A DNA stretch of 64,000 nt from Azolla caroliniana (GCA_043228905.1 JBHGNT010000081.1:36865-100864), one strand, 5' to 3'. Shown: positions 36,983-49,400, counted from the stretch's first letter. The notes: generated by a model from the letters alone, not told the origin. Numbers and translations are program-made.

Positions 36983-39109
36983 ATGAGAGGGTCGGATCTT
37001 GCAGAGGCCATGGCTTCGGCCGTGGATCGGATTGTAAACGCGCGCGAGGGCACCGGTGCCCTCGACAGAGCTATTGAGGCGGTCGTCGGCACGATCGGCC
37101 GGTTCGATGGGAAGGATGCCACGAAGTATTTGGCGTCCTACGGTGCAGAGATGCTGATGCGGGACGTCCCGGAAGAAAGGCGTCTTGCCGGATTTCCCCG
37201 AGTGGCGATGCCGAGCATCCATGCGGAGGTGCTCGAGGTGCGGACGGAGAGCCGTACCTGGGAGGAGTTCGAAGGACGGCTCCTAGAGAAATACGGGCTG
37301 GACGACGCGCTCCGGCTTTCAAAGCGAAGGTTCATGGAATGGGTGGAGTCCCCGGGGAAGGGAAGAAACGCGTCGGCACTCCTCCGGGAGTTCGAGGAAA
37401 ACTTTGCGCGCCTTTCGGCGCTCGACCGAACCATCCTGGACACGAGCCGGGTCTTGCTGTTTGTCAAGTCGGTCGACGAGCGGGATCGGGAGCACGTGGG
37501 CCTCTTGCTGGAAACCGAAGACGGGCTCACTACCGACTGGGCGGCTGTCAAGAAAGTCTGTGGCCGTTTCGACAAACGGCGAGAATGGGCGGATAACGGG
37601 GCGACCGGGTCGGGCTCGGTCGCAGCAAGGAAGCTCGAACCGGCGCCACAGGTGCGCAAGGAAGAGACCCGGGAGTGGTTGGAAACCGGTCCGGCTTCGA
37701 CCGGCGTAGTCAGAGGCTCAACCGGAGGAGCGGCGCTGGAGGAATTGACGAAGGCGATAAAGGACCTCCAAATCGCGCAGGCCCGAAGGGAAGGGGGCGA
37801 ACCGGCTCGTGACCGACGGCCGGCGGCAGGAAACAGGTGCATGTGGTGCGATGAAGTCGGCCACATTCGGAAGGACTGCGGCGACTTCGCGGAGGCGCTG
37901 AGGGACAGGGTGGTGTACCTGTGGGAAGGACGGGTGCATGCCAGCGACACCCGAAGGGCCCTGAGCCGAAACGACGGAAAAGGTGGTATGAAAAGGTTGA
38001 TGGAAGAGGCGGCGGCCCGACACGCGGAAACCGTCCACTACTCGGCGTCGGCCGGCATTCGAGTCGGGGGCGGCGAGGCCCGAAGTGAAAGCAAAGCCGG
38101 ATTCTGGCCGACGATGCTGGAAGGCCTTGCCGGTGCAAGGCTTAAAGGGGAGGAATCGGACCGTGCGGAGAAACGGGTACGGGAGATGACCGGGTGGAGC
38201 GACCCGGTCGAGGAACGGACGGGCTTCGTGGAAGCCGCTTGCCAGAACTACGAGGCTCTGGTAGAAGAGAAGCGGGTGGGGAAACCCGGGACGACCGGGC
38301 CCTCACAACGATACGAGACCCGGTCCGGGCCACGACGGGACGAAGCCGGCGGGGCCGGCACGCAAGATAAACCCCAGAAGGGCGGGTACCGTCTGGGGAC
38401 GGAGATAGAAAGGACCACGGACTTACGGAAGGTCCTGGAGGAACGGATCCTCGACAGCAAGGTGGAGCTGTCATTACGAGAGGTGCTGGGAATCGCCAAG
38501 AAGGAGTTCCACGACTCCATCGTGGACTTGGTGAAACGAAAGAGGCTGTCGACGGAGACAGAACCGGAAAGACCGATGGAAGTGCGGACGACGCACCTAG
38601 ACGACATGGCGCTGGGAGACGAGTGGGCGGAAAGCCACTATTCGAGGCCACACTGGGCCCGAGCGACCACGGAAACCCCGGTGAAGATCGGCGATGTCCA
38701 GGAACCGGTGACAGCTTTGGTGGACCACGGATCGGAGATCAATTTGATGTCCATGGACTTCTATAAGAAGGGCAAATGGCCGATCAACACCAAGCACGGG
38801 TGGAAAATAAGGGCAGCAACGCGCGCCACCGAGGAACTGCACGGGGCCTGTCCGAATGTGCAAGTCAAGATCGGCGACGTCGAGATTGACCAGCACTTCT
38901 TCGTGCAGGAGACGTCTTCGCATCCGGTCATTCTGGGAGAGCCGTACATCACGGCGGCGCGAATGGAGACCAAGGTGCTGGACAATGGTTCGGCCTACGC
39001 GAGGGTCAAAAGCCAAGACGGGCGCCATTCGGTCCAGTTTCTGACGGTACGGCCGAACCACGAACGTAACCGCGATTCCCTCGGTCCCGAAACCCGAGAG
39101 GATTTTTAG
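36983..39109 (+). CDS. gag: Element B Gag-protease
   Basis: Likely start MRGSDLAEAM (conserved in D); CCHC knuckle CMWCDEVGHIRKDC; aspartic protease LVDHGSEIN...VILGEP. Confidence 0.92.
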   Translation: MRGSDLAEAMASAVDRIVNAREGTGALDRAIEAVVGTIGRFDGKDATKYLASYGAEMLMRDVPEERRLAGFPRVAMPSIHAEVLEVRTESRTWEEFEGRLLEKYGLDDALRLSKRRFMEWVESPGKGRNASALLREFEENFARLSALDRTILDTSRVLLFVKSVDERDREHVGLLLETEDGLTTDWAAVKKVCGRFDKRREWADNGATGSGSVAARKLEPAPQVRKEETREWLETGPASTGVVRGSTGGAALEELTKAIKDLQIAQARREGGEPARDRRPAAGNRCMWCDEVGHIRKDCGDFAEALRDRVVYLWEGRVHASDTRRALSRNDGKGGMKRLMEEAAARHAETVHYSASAGIRVGGGEARSESKAGFWPTMLEGLAGARLKGEESDRAEKRVREMTGWSDPVEERTGFVEAACQNYEALVEEKRVGKPGTTGPSQRYETRSGPRRDEAGGAGTQDKPQKGGYRLGTEIERTTDLRKVLEERILDSKVELSLREVLGIAKKEFHDSIVDLVKRKRLSTETEPERPMEVRTTHLDDMALGDEWAESHYSRPHWARATTETPVKIGDVQEPVTALVDHGSEINLMSMDFYKKGKWPINTKHGWKIRAATRATEELHGACPNVQVKIGDVEIDQHFFVQETSSHPVILGEPYITAARMETKVLDNGSAYARVKSQDGRHSVQFLTVRPNHERNRDSLGPETREDF

Positions 39110-42100
39110 AGAGGACTGCCAAGGCGTGGGGCCGCGACAGTCCGGACGCTCCGGAAAGACCCCACATCTGTATGATAAAACCGTGTACAATAGGTAGGAA
39201 AATTTGCTTCTCCGACAGCGGAGCATGTACGATGGTCGGCATCACCGGCCGAGAGAAAACAAGGACGGAGGGGAGACTTCGGGCGTGCGGAGTTCTCGGC
39301 CCTGACGAAGGAATCAACGGAGCCGTGGAGGCAGTCTCTTTCGACGACACCTTGGGAATGCTGGGAAAGGTAGTCGAAGAAGGCCTTAACGAAGACCGGA
39401 CGATACCGGTGTGTTCCGAGGAGATGTACGAAGTCATCGCGGACTTCGGTCGAGGGCTCGAGTCAGTTCGGACGGCCCACGTAAGCACTAAGTACAAGAC
39501 TGTGGACCGGAAGGTAAGGCCAGTCGCGGCACCCTTACCGGAGGACAGCGCGTCGAGAATCAAAGGGGTTGCATCGGACCCTAGTCTACGAGATCCGGCC
39601 TGCATAGGGCACACCTTCACCGACGAGACGCTCCGAGAGCTCAAAATCGGTGGGGGCGGGTTCCTACTGCCGGCGGAGGAAGACCGGTTTCGGAGGATGC
39701 TCAGAAGGCACGGGAAAGCCTTCGCATTTTCGCCGGAGGAAATCGGGTGCGTTGACCCGACGATCGTGGAGCCATTGGTGATATTCACGGTACCGCATGT
39801 ACCGTGGAATCTCAAGCCAATCCCGGTTCCGAGAGCTCACATTCCGAAGTTGATGGAGCTGCTGAGGCAGAAAGTTGATATGGGAATTCTCGAGCCGTCG
39901 AGCGCCCCATATTCGAATCGATGGTTTACCGTACCGAAGAAAAACGGTTCGTTGCGCTTCATCCAGGACCTGCAGCCGGTCAATCGAGTGACCATTCGGA
40001 ACGCAGGGATCGGACCGACCATAGGCGAGTTCGCGGAGGCCTTCGCCGGAAGGTCAATTTACTCGGTCGGGGATCTATACTCAGGGTACGACCAGTTCCA
40101 GCTAGCCGTGGAGAGCAGAGACATTACGACGATGCGAACTCCCCTCGGCCTAGTTCGGATGTGTACACTGCCGCAAGGAGGGACCAACTCGGTGGCCCAC
40201 ATGGTGAATGCGATGAACAAGGTTCTGAGGGACTATATCCCGGACATCACCATGCCGTTTCTGGACGACATCCCGATCAAGGGATGCCCGGTAGAAGAGA
40301 AGGACGAGACGATCGGGCCGGACGGATGCCGGCGATTCGTGATGGCGCACATCGACGACTGCGAGAAGGTGCTGCAAAGGCTAGAGGATGCGAGGCTCAC
40401 CTTCTCGGGGGAAAAATCAGCCTTCGGGCAGTCGGAAATCATGGTGGTCGGACACTTATGTGGGCCATATGGCCGGAAACCGTCTCCGGCAAAGGTAGAA
40501 GCCATCTCCGCGATGAAGCCCGACTGCAGCTCGGTCACGGAAATACGGAGATTCCTGGGGGCATGCGCGTTCTACCACATATGGATCCCGCATTACGCAC
40601 ACGTCGCGGAGCCACTGTACGGGTTGCTGAAAAAGGGGCGAAGGTTCGAATGGCTAGACGAGCACGCGGAATCGGTCCGGAAGCTGAAAGAGGCCCTTGC
40701 AGCGGCACCGACACTCCGGAAGGCGGTATACGGGAAGGGTACCCCGGTATTCATAACGGTGGATACCAGTCCGACCGGGATCGGATGGGTCGTGAGCCAG
40801 GAAGACGAGGACGGCAATCGGTTTCCGATCCGATTCGGCGCGAAAGTCCTCAGTGAACGGCAGCGAGGATACGCCCAGGTTAAACGCGAACTCTGGGGTA
40901 TTGTTTCGGCGGTTAAGGCCGACAAAGACTACCTGATAGGGACGGAAGTGATCATCGAGACGGATTGCCTGCCGATTCTCGGTATGGTTTCCGGATGCGC
41001 GACTCCGGACCTGGCGATGCTCAGGTGGATAGCATACATCAAGTCCCTGGACCCGGAAATACGACACATTTCCGGGAAAGACAACGCCATGGCCGACATG
41101 CTTTCGAGGGCGAGGTTCGACGACGAGGGCGGCATGGTTTCGGAAGACGAAGAAGTCGGCGTGGATTTCTTCGAGGCGGCATACATAACGACCGACGGGA
41201 TGAGCACTCCGGCGCTTAACGAGTTCGACGCGAGCAAGTACGACGGGGAGTGGCTGCAGATCGGCGGGTTTTTGAAGACAATGACGCCCGATGCGTCATG
41301 GACGAAGGACGAGGCCAACCGGATCCGGAAGAAAGCATATCGATTCTTTCTCCGAGATGGGCATTTGTGGAAGCACCCGAAGAAGAGGAACGGCGTCCCG
41401 CTCCGGGTGGTGGCGATGAAGGAAGAACAGGAGGGGCTGCTGACGGCTTACCACGACAGCCCTTGGGCTGGACACCGTGGAACATGGGCTACGTTTGAGA
41501 AACTGAAGGGGAAGTATTGGTGGCCGGGGCAGTACCAGGACGTGCATCGGTTCGTGACAACTTGCGAGAGCTGTCAGATGCACTCCATAGTCCGACATCG
41601 GGACGAGCTTCACCCCACGTACCCTCCGACCTTCCACTTCAAATGGATGGTAGATCTGGTGACGATGCCAATGGGGGTAGGACAGATGCGGTACCTGGTC
41701 CTAGCGCGGGAGGATCTGACGAACCAGGTGGAAGGCCGGGCCCTTCCGAACAAAACGACCGCGGCCGTATGCCGGTTCCTAATCGAGGACGTGATATGCC
41801 GGTACGGGTGCGTCGGGAAGATCGTGGCTGACCGAGGGGAGTTGGACGCCGAAGAAGCCGCGGAGCTGTTCGACCGGCTCGGAGTTAAGCTCTCGCTCAC
41901 CACTGCGTACAATCCGGAGGCAAATGGGAAGGTGGAGCGCGGACACGGGCCGATCGTCAAGGCGTTGGTTCGGGCATGCGGAGGCCGAGTCGGTGACTGG
42001 CCGCGGCTGCTACCTTATGCTTTGTGGGCAGACCGGACCACGCACAGTTCGGTAACCGGGTACATGCCGACGGAGCTCATGTTCGGCCAGAAGCCGATCA

Positions 42101-42570
42101 TGCCGATTGAACGGACGATCTCCTCGTGGGCAACGATCGACTGGAGGGACGAGATGAGCCGGGAGGAGTTGTTGGCCGCACGTATACGACAGCTCGAGCG
42201 GAGACCGGAGGACGTGGCACTGGCTACGGAGAAGCTCCGGGTGGCGAGGACAAAGAACAAAGCCCGGTTCGACCGAACGCACCGGCTACGACCGAAGAAA
42301 ATCGACGAAGGTGACTGGGTGCTCGTCTACGACAGCAGCCTCGACAACCAGCACCGAGCTACACGGAAGTTCGCACAAAGGTGGTTCGGGCCTTACGTGG
42401 TACGGAGCACCAATGACAACGGGACATATCACCTGGCGGAACTTGACGGGACGAGAGTGGCGATACCGGTTGCAGGGAAGCGGATCAAAGCGTTCAAGAA
42501 GCGACATGACGACGAGCCGGACCCGGCTCTCCTGGTCGGCAGTGACGAACGATCCGAAAACGAGGAATGA
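39100..42570 (+). CDS. pol: Element B Pol (RT-RNase H-integrase), -1 frame relative to gag
   Basis: DLYSGYDQF, LPQG and FLDD (RT); TVDTSPTGIG (RNase H); H..H..C..C, MVD/VADRGE/KVERGH and WFGPY (integrase); frame open from the slippery site; first ATG at 39172. Confidence 0.95.
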   Translation, partial: GFLERTAKAWGRDSPDAPERPHICMIKPCTIGRKICFSDSGACTMVGITGREKTRTEGRLRACGVLGPDEGINGAVEAVSFDDTLGMLGKVVEEGLNEDRTIPVCSEEMYEVIADFGRGLESVRTAHVSTKYKTVDRKVRPVAAPLPEDSASRIKGVASDPSLRDPACIGHTFTDETLRELKIGGGGFLLPAEEDRFRRMLRRHGKAFAFSPEEIGCVDPTIVEPLVIFTVPHVPWNLKPIPVPRAHIPKLMELLRQKVDMGILEPSSAPYSNRWFTVPKKNGSLRFIQDLQPVNRVTIRNAGIGPTIGEFAEAFAGRSIYSVGDLYSGYDQFQLAVESRDITTMRTPLGLVRMCTLPQGGTNSVAHMVNAMNKVLRDYIPDITMPFLDDIPIKGCPVEEKDETIGPDGCRRFVMAHIDDCEKVLQRLEDARLTFSGEKSAFGQSEIMVVGHLCGPYGRKPSPAKVEAISAMKPDCSSVTEIRRFLGACAFYHIWIPHYAHVAEPLYGLLKKGRRFEWLDEHAESVRKLKEALAAAPTLRKAVYGKGTPVFITVDTSPTGIGWVVSQEDEDGNRFPIRFGAKVLSERQRGYAQVKRELWGIVSAVKADKDYLIGTEVIIETDCLPILGMVSGCATPDLAMLRWIAYIKSLDPEIRHISGKDNAMADMLSRARFDDEGGMVSEDEEVGVDFFEAAYITTDGMSTPALNEFDASKYDGEWLQIGGFLKTMTPDASWTKDEANRIRKKAYRFFLRDGHLWKHPKKRNGVPLRVVAMKEEQEGLLTAYHDSPWAGHRGTWATFEKLKGKYWWPGQYQDVHRFVTTCESCQMHSIVRHRDELHPTYPPTFHFKWMVDLVTMPMGVGQMRYLVLAREDLTNQVEGRALPNKTTAAVCRFLIEDVICRYGCVGKIVADRGELDAEEAAELFDRLGVKLSLTTAYNPEANGKVERGHGPIVKALVRACGGRVGDWPRLLPYALWADRTTHSSVTGYMPTELMFGQKPIMPIERTISSWATIDWRDEMSREELLAARIRQLERRPEDVALATEKLRVARTKNKARFDRTHRLRPKKIDEGDWVLVYDSSLDNQHRATRKFAQRWFGPYVVRSTNDNGTYHLAELDGTRVAIPVAGKRIKAFKKRHDDEPDPALLVGSDERSENEE

Positions 42571-42641
42571 AGACGGGCCGGTTTTCTCCGTCCCAACTCT
42601 CTTGGCGCATACCGGAGGATGCGCGGTTAGGTGGGGGCGGA

Positions 42642-43449
42642 TGTCGTGAAGAAAACCGTCCATAGGCGGAATCGGCGCACCAAGGCGTGGGAACCGGTTC
42701 CTCACGCGCGCACGCTCCAAGTTGTACATAGAAGCGAATTAGGAGGATAATCGGCAGGAACGGGCCCTAACTCAAGTGGAGACAAAGACCGCGCGAACAG
42801 TCTTTTCGGTCGCGCGCGCGAACTGTACGAGTCGGCGGCGTAACTACGCGGATCCGTGAAAAACGGAGCGGATCCCTGTCCTAAAGGGACAGGGAATAAA
42901 GCTGACAGGACGGCCTGCTCGTCGGCCTATATAAGGAGCAGGAAAGAGCTATTGCAGATATCTCGCGGGGAGAGGACGAAGTGCTGCCGAACCGATTTCG
43001 GAGCTGCTCTCTCACTCCTGCTTTCTCTGTCTTCTGCTCCATCGCGTACCTGTGCAGGTTTCGAGGAGGCTTGCGCTGTTCCGTGGAACGCCCCGAGTGC
43101 GTCCTGCAGCACCTCCGACCTGTTTTCCCCTTTTTGTGCGTCGCGACATACAGGGGTCGGCATCTGTTCGCTGCCCTGTTCGTTTTCGTTAGTATCTATT
43201 TCGTGCCCCACCGTGGGTTGTAATACTTTAGTCTGTTATTTTCGTGCATTCATAAGTACATATCTTTCGTTGTTGCGTCCATCTGCGTCGGCGTTTATTT
43301 GTGATCTCTGTTTGTTGGGCCGTGTCCCTGTGCAATCTTCGTTTCTGTGTAATCGGGTCTCTCTCTCTTATCTCTCTCTCTTGCTCTTCGGTCCAAGACC
43401 CCCGTGGTCCCTCCTCCTTTCTGCACGCAAGGGCGTAGTAACCCCGACA
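42642..43449 (+). repeat. 3' LTR of B
   Basis: Copy of 36131-36938, preceded by the PPT. Confidence 0.96.
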
Positions 43450-44753
43450 ACGTAGTGCCTTTGCTTCTACCCATTTGGTGCAGTAATCCATGGCTACCAA
43501 TATGTATTTGTTGCCCGTATGGGCCGCCGCTGGTGTGAAGGGCCCTACAAAATCTAATCCCCACTTTTGGAAGGGGTCTAGTGGTAATACGGGCTGGTGT
43601 GGCATCCTTGCGTCCTCCGCGGGTTGACCCATCCGCTGACACAAATCACACTTTCTACAATACTCAAATGCGTCCTTCTGCGTTGTTGGCCACCATAAGC
43701 CCGCCTGCCATACTTTCCGAGCTGTCACGTCGCCCACGTAATGGCCGCCTGCCGTGCCGCAGTGTGCCTCCCATAAAACTGCTTCCTTCTCATCCTGACG
43801 GACCCCACGTCACCAAATGCCTTCACTTCCTTTATGATATCAAATGCCTTCGACGAGGCAGAAGTGACGGCTTCGGACGGCCAGTTGTTTCTTCTCGTTC
43901 GTGCGTAATTGTGGTGGAGGTAGTCCTGTAGTTAAAAAGTACGTCATTTCCATAAGCCATCGGTCCGGAAAGGTGGATTCCGTTTTTTCTGCAAATGTCG
44001 CTACTCGCAAGATGTCAGCGTCCGGAAAATCGTCGTCGTCTTTCTGTACCGTTTCTCCATTCTCGAGTCTTCTCAAAAAATCCGCCACTGCGTGTTGCGT
44101 TCCTGGTCGGTGCTGAATTACGAAATCGAATTCCTGGAGCAGCAACATCCACCGCGCCAATTTCCTTGTCAGGGCTTGTTTCTCCACCAAATACAATAAT
44201 GCCGAATGATCCACGTGGAACGTGAATTTCCTTCCTAATAAATAGTGTCGGAATTTATTGATGCTATATATCATCCCTAGCGCCTCCCGCTCAGTTGTGG
44301 AATAGTTATGCTCTGTTGCTGACAATTTACGACTCACGTAGTATACTGGCCTTTACCAGTTTGGTTCGGTGAGCTGCATTAGTGCGCTTCCTATTGCTAT
44401 GTCCGAGGCGTCGACGAACACGTGGAATGGCTTTGCCCAAACTGGTGGTTGTACGACGGGAGCCTGTGTGAGCATTATCTTAAGTGCCTCATAGGCCTTA
44501 TCCTCCGTTGCAGTCCATTGGAAAGGAGTCCGATGTACGATAGCGTGTAGTGGCGTGGCGAAGTCCGCCAAATACCGTATCATCCGACTATGCCACCGTA
44601 TTTGTCCTAAAAACCGGCTAAGCGATTTGGTGTTTGTCGGAGTTTTGGCTTGCGTAATCGTGGAGATCTTGTTTGGGTCGACCGCTATTCCCTCTTTGCT
44701 GACTATGTGGCCTAGGAGAGTCCCGCTGGTCACGCCGAAGGCACATTTCGTGG
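43450..44753 (-). pseudogene. Element A pol middle part (RT end, RNase H, integrase N-terminus)
   Basis: KCAFGVTSGTLLGHIVS, FHVFVDASDIAIG, NYSTTEREALG and [11 protein letters not shown]. Confidence 0.92.
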
Positions 44754-44881
44754 TGTCGCGTTGTTACGCGAGTGCGTGGAGAAAGGCGGGACCACGGGGG
44801 TCTTGGACTAGGGAGTGATGGAGCGTAGGAAGTCGTGCTTCACCGTTTCCGTGGGCATCCCAGAAGCACACCGGAAGCAAC

Positions 44882-44951
<70 letters not shown>

Positions 44952-46492
44952 TTAACACCGACTCACGCACACACACTCACACGCACAGGCCAACCCGACT
45001 CACACCCTTAAGTACAGGAAATGCAGGAAAGGGGAAGCACCCGACACCAATGAAGACGCGAATATACACAAATAGACGCAAACGTATATATATATATATA
45101 TAAAAGAAGAATACATTCCCGGCGTCGAGCCGGACGAAGGTAGGTTACAGCAGTCGTCTGCTGTCAAGCCGCCGTCGGGGAGCTCACGGGCTCGTCGCGA
45201 CGAGCAGGGTCATGCACAGGAGATGAGTTGAAGCAAACCGTAAGCGAACACGAAGGGGGAAAACAAGAAGAAGAAGAAGAAACTAACTCTAAACCTAATG
45301 GTATACCCTCTAATGCAAAATGGGCAACCCTTTCACAAAGGGCGTTCCCTTCCTTTTATAGAACAAGGACAGGGATGCGTTACAATGTGGGATAAACCCC
45401 GACTTGCATGGGATCGTCTGTCCCGACTTGACTACTCTTCGGCACCATAAAGGCGCCCTCGTTATTCACACTAAATGTATATGGGTGCGTACACACGCTG
45501 CACCCTGCCGATGTAGCCAATGTTTCCCGGTTTCCGCCTCTGGCTGAAATTCTTCATGACATCCGCCCCCACCTAACCGCACATCCACCGGTATGTGCCA
45601 AGTCCGGTTGAAGGGTGAGAGATTTCGGTCGGTGAGAAACCGGTCTCCCGTGATCCGCATCCCGGCTCGCTGCCGGTTTGATCTGTCGGCTTCGATTCTT
45701 CCTTCGCGCTTACCTCCCCGTAGGCTCGTTCGACCCGTCGATGGGTCCTCTGCCGCGATCTCCGTAGTACGCGTACTTCCGCTGGCCCTTGTTCGGCCGT
45801 TGTCGTGAAGAAAACCGTCCCTTAGTGCAATCGGTGCATAGCGCACGTGAACTGGCTCTTCACGCGTGCGCGCCCTTAATGTATATAATAGGGAATTAGG
45901 TACATAGGTATTTCTTGGGTAGTTAGATTCGGTAGGTAGGAAGTAAATGAGGGAGATGACTCCCTTCTTGACGCTATAAAGGAGAGGGAGACGTAGGGAG
46001 AAGGGATCGGGCATTGAGGAGGACGAAGTGCTGTCAGACTATAACCGAACGCTTTTCCTTTGTTTGTTCTCTATTGCTCTTCTCTGCAGGTTTTCGGGAG
46101 GCTCGCGTTGCTTCGAGGAACGCCTGTGTGCTTCCAGCAACACCTCCATCCTATCCCCTTTCGTGCGCAGACGAGCAAGCATCGACATCTGTTCGCCGGC
46201 CTGTTCGGTTGTAACCGCTCGCGTGCTCTGTTGTTTTTGTGTCACTTGTTAATATACAAACATTCGTGTTTCTCTGTCTCTGTGTCCATTCGTGTCTTCT
46301 GTGTTGACGGGCCGTGTCCCTGTGTTTCTTTGCTCATACGTAACCGATCGTTTCTCTCTTTCTCTTTCCCCTCCTATCACCTGCTCTTCGGTTCAAGACC
46401 TCGGTGGTCCCGCCTCGTTTCTCCACGCACGCGCGTAACAACGCGACATATTTGGTGAACCCGACGTGAAACATGCGGCAGAGGAGTAGAAG

Positions 46493-49400
46493 ATGAGGGG
46501 GTCGGATCTTGCAGAGGCCATGGCTTCGGCCGTGGACCGGATAGTGAGTGCGCGCGAGGGCACCGGCGCCCTTGATAGGGCTATTGAGGCGATCGTCGGT
46601 ATGATCGGCCGGTTCAGTGGAAAGGATGCCATGAGTTATTTGGCGTCCCACCGGGCGGAGATGTTGATGAGGGATATTCCGGAAGAGAGGCGTCTTGCCG
46701 GATTCCCTCGAGTGGCGATGCTGGGCATCCATGCGGAGGTGCTCGAGGTCCGGGCGGAGAGCCGGACCTGGGAGAAGTTCGAAGGACGTCTCCTGGAGAA
46801 ATACGGGCTGGATGACGCGCTTCGACTTTCGAAGCAGGGCTTCATGGAGTGGGTGGAGTCCCCCGACAAAGGAAGAAATGCGTCGGCACTCCTCCGGGAG
46901 TTTGAGGATCGCTTTGCGCGCCTTTCGGCGCTCGATCGGACCGTTCTGGACACAAGTCGTGTCCTACTGTTTGTCAAATCGGTTGATGCACGGGATCGGG
47001 TGCAAGTGGGCTCCTTACTGGAAACCGAAGACGGGCTGACGGCCGACTGGGCCGCGGTAAAAAGAGTCTGCGGCCGTTTCGACAAACGGTGGGAGTGGGC
47101 TGATACAGGGGCGACCGGGGCGGGTCTTGTCGCAGCAAGAAAGCTCGAACCGATACCGCAGGCGCGACGGGAAGAGACCCGGGAGTGGCTCGAAACCGGT
47201 CTGGCTTCGACCGGCGTGGTCAGAGGCTTGTTCGGGGGGACAACTTTGGAGGAGTTGACACGAGCAGTAAAGGATCTCCAGATTGCCCAGGCTCAGAGGG
47301 AAGACGACGATCAGGCTCGTGACCGACGGCCTCCGGCAGGAAATAGGTGCATGTGGTGCGACGAGGTCGGCCACATCCTGAAAGACTGCGGGGACTTTGC
47401 GGAGGCTTTGAGAAGCCGGGTAGCGTACCTGTGGGAAGGTCGGGTGCACGCCAGCGATACCCGGAGGGCCCTGAACCGAAACGACGGGCAAGGAGGAATG
47501 AAAAGGTTGATGGAAGAGGCCGCCGGCACGCGGAGACCGTCCACTACTCAGCGTCAGCCGGTATTCGGGTTGGGGGCAGCGAGGCCCGGAAGGAGAGCAA
47601 AGCCGGGTTCTGGCTGACGGTGCTAGAAGGCCTCGCTGATGCTCGACTAAAGAAAGACGAGGCGGACCGCGTGGAGAAGCGGGTCCAAGAGGTAACCGGG
47701 TGGAGTGACCCGGTCGAAGAAAAGACGGGTTTCGTCGAAGCAGCTTGCTAGAACTACGAGGCTCTGGTTGAAGACAAACAGGTAGGTAAAACCGGAGGGG
47801 CCGGACCCTCACAGAGATACGAAACCCGATTCGGGCCAAAACGGAACGAGGCCGGTGAGTCCAGTGCCCAGGATAACCACAAGAAGGGCGGATACCGTTT
47901 GGGCACGGAGATCGAAAGGACCACGGACCTACGAAAGGTCCTAGAAGAACGAATCCTCGACAACAAGGTGGAACTGTCGTTGCGGGAGGTGCTCGGAATC
48001 GCCAAGAAGGAGTTCCATGACTCCATCGTAGACTTGGTGAAGAGGAAGAGGCTGTCGACGGAGGCAGAACCGGGAAGACCGGTGGAGGTGCGGACGACGC
48101 ACATAGAGGACATGACGCTGGAAGACGAGTGGGCGGAGAGCCACTATTTGAGGCCACATTGGGCCCGAGCGACCACGGAAACCCCGGTGAAGATTGGAGA
48201 TGTTTAGGAACTGGTGGTGGCGCTGGTGGACCACGGTTCAGAAATAAACCTGATGTCCATGGACTTCTACAAGAAGGGGAAATGGCCGATCAACACCAAG
48301 CACGGGTGGAAGATACGGGCGGCGATGCGCGCCACCGAGGAACTACACGGGGCCTGCCCAAACGTGCGAGTCAAGATCGGCGACGTCGAAATAGATCAGC
48401 ACTTCTTTGTGCAGGAGACGTCCTCGCACCCGGTCATACTGGGAGAACCGTACATTACGGCAGCGCGGATGGAGACCAAGGTGCTGGACAACGGGTCGGC
48501 TTACGCGAGGGTCAAGAGTCAGGATGGGCGTCATTCGGTCCAGTTCCTGACGGTGCGACTGAACCACAAGCGAAACCGCGAGTCCCTCGGTGGCGAGAAC
48601 CGAGAGGATTTTTAGAGAGGGCTGCCAAGGCGTGGGGCCGCGACAGTCCGGACACTCCGGGAAACCCCCACAAATGTACGATAGAGGCGAAACCGAAGAA
48701 ACCTTGTACCATAAGTAGGAATTTTTGTTTCTCCGACAACGGAGGGTGTACGATAGTCGGCATCGTTGGCCGAGAAAAGACAAGGGCGGAAGAGCGACTT
48801 CGGGCGTGCGGAGTTCTCGGGCCCAACGAGGAAATCAATAGTGCCGTGGAGGCGGTCTCCTTCGACGACACCTTGGGAATACTGCGAGAGGTGGTCGGAG
48901 AAGGCCTTAAAGAGGACCAGACGATACCGGTTTGTTCAGAAGAGATGTACGAAGTTATCGCGGACTTCAGTCGAGGGCTCGAGTCGAATCAGACGGCCCG
49001 GGTTAACACGAAGTACAAGACTGTGGACCAGAAGGTAAGGCCAGTCGCGGCACCCTTACCGGAGGGCGGCGAGTTGCGAATCAAGGGGGTCGCGTTGGAC
49101 CCCAGTTTACGAGATCCAGCCTGCATAGGGCACGCCTTCACAGACAGAACGCTAAGGGAGTTCAAAATCGGTGGGGGTGGGTTCCTACTGCCGGCGGAAG
49201 AAGACCGGTTTCGGAGAATGCTCGGAAGGCACGGGAAAGCCTTCGCATTCTCACCGGAAGAGATCGGGTGCGTAGACCCGACAGTCGTGAAGCCGATGGT
49301 GATATTCACGGTACCGCATGTACCGTGGAATCTCAAACCAATTCCGGTACCGAGAGCTCACATCCCGGAGCTGATGGAGCTGTTGAGGCAGAAAGTCGAT

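Larger units (their letters stand above)
36131..43449 (+). mobile_element. Element B: intact, very young gypsy LTR retrotransposon (tRNA-Trp primed, no chromodomain), TSD ACGT
   Basis: 808-bp LTRs at 36131-36938 and 42642-43449, apparently identical; PBS; PPT GGTTAGGTGGGGGCGGA; intact gag-PR and pol; ACGT at 36127-36130 and 43450-43453. Confidence 0.97.
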
